Below are positions 63,377 to 64,000 of a stretch of 64,000 nt of DNA, one piece after another (position 1 is the first letter of the stretch; each line of letters opens with the position of its first letter). This DNA is from Paragordius varius (Eukaryota > Animalia > Nematomorpha), in contig OZ176052.1 in assembly GCA_964247055.1 (NCBI GenBank), positions 5,580,001 through 5,644,000 on the forward strand, in the 5' to 3' direction. A program made the position numbers and the translations under genes. The notes under the pieces are model-generated. The model was not told the origin of the DNA. It worked only from the letters and a program-made list of their open reading frames with translations, and made no database searches.

Positions 63377-63449
63377 GTTAACTAATTCCACAATTCATGT
63401 TATCAAACATAAGTTAAGCCCTTGCATGCACGCTTTCAGCTGGCAGCAA
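63377..63449. promoter_or_regulatory. Very short head-to-head interval between DESI2 and PPT1 (putative bidirectional promoter or overlapping 5' UTRs)
   Basis: DESI2 ATG at 63376 (-); PPT1 in-frame ATGs at 63426 and 63450 (+). Confidence 0.5.
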
Positions 63450-64000
63450 ATGCTGTTTATAATTTGGTTATGTTTGGTCAATTTTATTAACGCCAAACCT
63501 CCTCCAATCATTGTATGGCATGGCATGGGTGATACGTGTTGTAATCCTCTTACTACCGGATTTTTAATAAAAATTATTAATAAAACAATAGGACCCGTTG
63601 ATATTTATTCGGTTCAAATTGGAAATTCATTTGTTGAAGATTTTGAATCTGATTATTTTTCGGACGTCAATGACCAAATTGATTACGTTTGTAATTTAAT
63701 TAAAAATGATACTAAATATATCAAGGGATATAATTCCCTCGGGTTTTCTCAAGGAGCGCAATTTTTGCGCGGCTTAATACAAAGATGCCCTGTGCCCGCA
63801 ATCAATTTTGTTTCAATTGGAGGTCAGCATCAAGGTGTGTATGGATTACCAAAATGTCCAGGAAATGAACATTTATGTGATGATATTCGTCGCATTCTTA
63901 ATAAAATGGCATATGATACCTTTGTCCAAAAACGCCTAGTTCAATCACAATATTGGCATGACCCATTTAATGAGCAATTATACCGTAAAAAATCAAATTT
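63426..64000 (+). CDS. PPT1: Palmitoyl-protein thioesterase 1, no intron in the visible part, runs off the window end
   Basis: Continuous ORF (M at 63426 or 63450): signal peptide, PIIVWHGMGDTCCNP, GYNSLGFSQGAQFLRGLIQRCP (nucleophile elbow), NFVSIGGQHQGVYGLPKCP, LVQSQYWHDP. Confidence 0.95.
   Translation, partial: MHAFSWQQMLFIIWLCLVNFINAKPPPIIVWHGMGDTCCNPLTTGFLIKIINKTIGPVDIYSVQIGNSFVEDFESDYFSDVNDQIDYVCNLIKNDTKYIKGYNSLGFSQGAQFLRGLIQRCPVPAINFVSIGGQHQGVYGLPKCPGNEHLCDDIRRILNKMAYDTFVQKRLVQSQYWHDPFNEQLYRKKSN

Noticed and set aside
1-64000. tRNA, rRNA or snRNA genes
   Set aside because: None recognised by eye; a tRNAscan-SE or Infernal run would be needed to exclude them.

Overview
AT-rich animal (metazoan) genomic DNA with spliceosomal introns; there are no prokaryotic features, and I cannot name the species from sequence alone. 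Genes, left to right: the last exon of a trypsin-family serine protease (304-486, +); a Mis12-like kinetochore gene (25963-26518, +); a multi-exon RasGRP-type Ras GEF with REM, CDC25, two EF-hands and a C1 domain (about 34723-48313, +, plus a candidate alternative last exon at 50616-51037); a secreted Spaetzle-like cystine-knot gene (57336-59243, +); DESI2 (62400-63376, -); and, head-to-head with it, a PPT1 ORF with no intron in the visible part (63426-end, +). Non-genic content: a ~17 kb layered 41/42-bp purine-rich satellite (4586-21549) that produces most of the ORF-track 'proteins', a 4.3 kb hAT transposon carrying a nested deleted LTR element and an antisense copy of its own transposase, several long palindromic elements, a Penelope-like inverted fragment, a Helitron-like repeat carrier, and mariner and non-LTR relics. 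The most striking observation is the splicing repertoire: five 21-25 nt GT-AG introns are needed to restore conserved proteins, in the same window as kb-long introns and a U12-type AT-AC intron in RasGRP. All gene models were built by hand and need RNA-seq confirmation.
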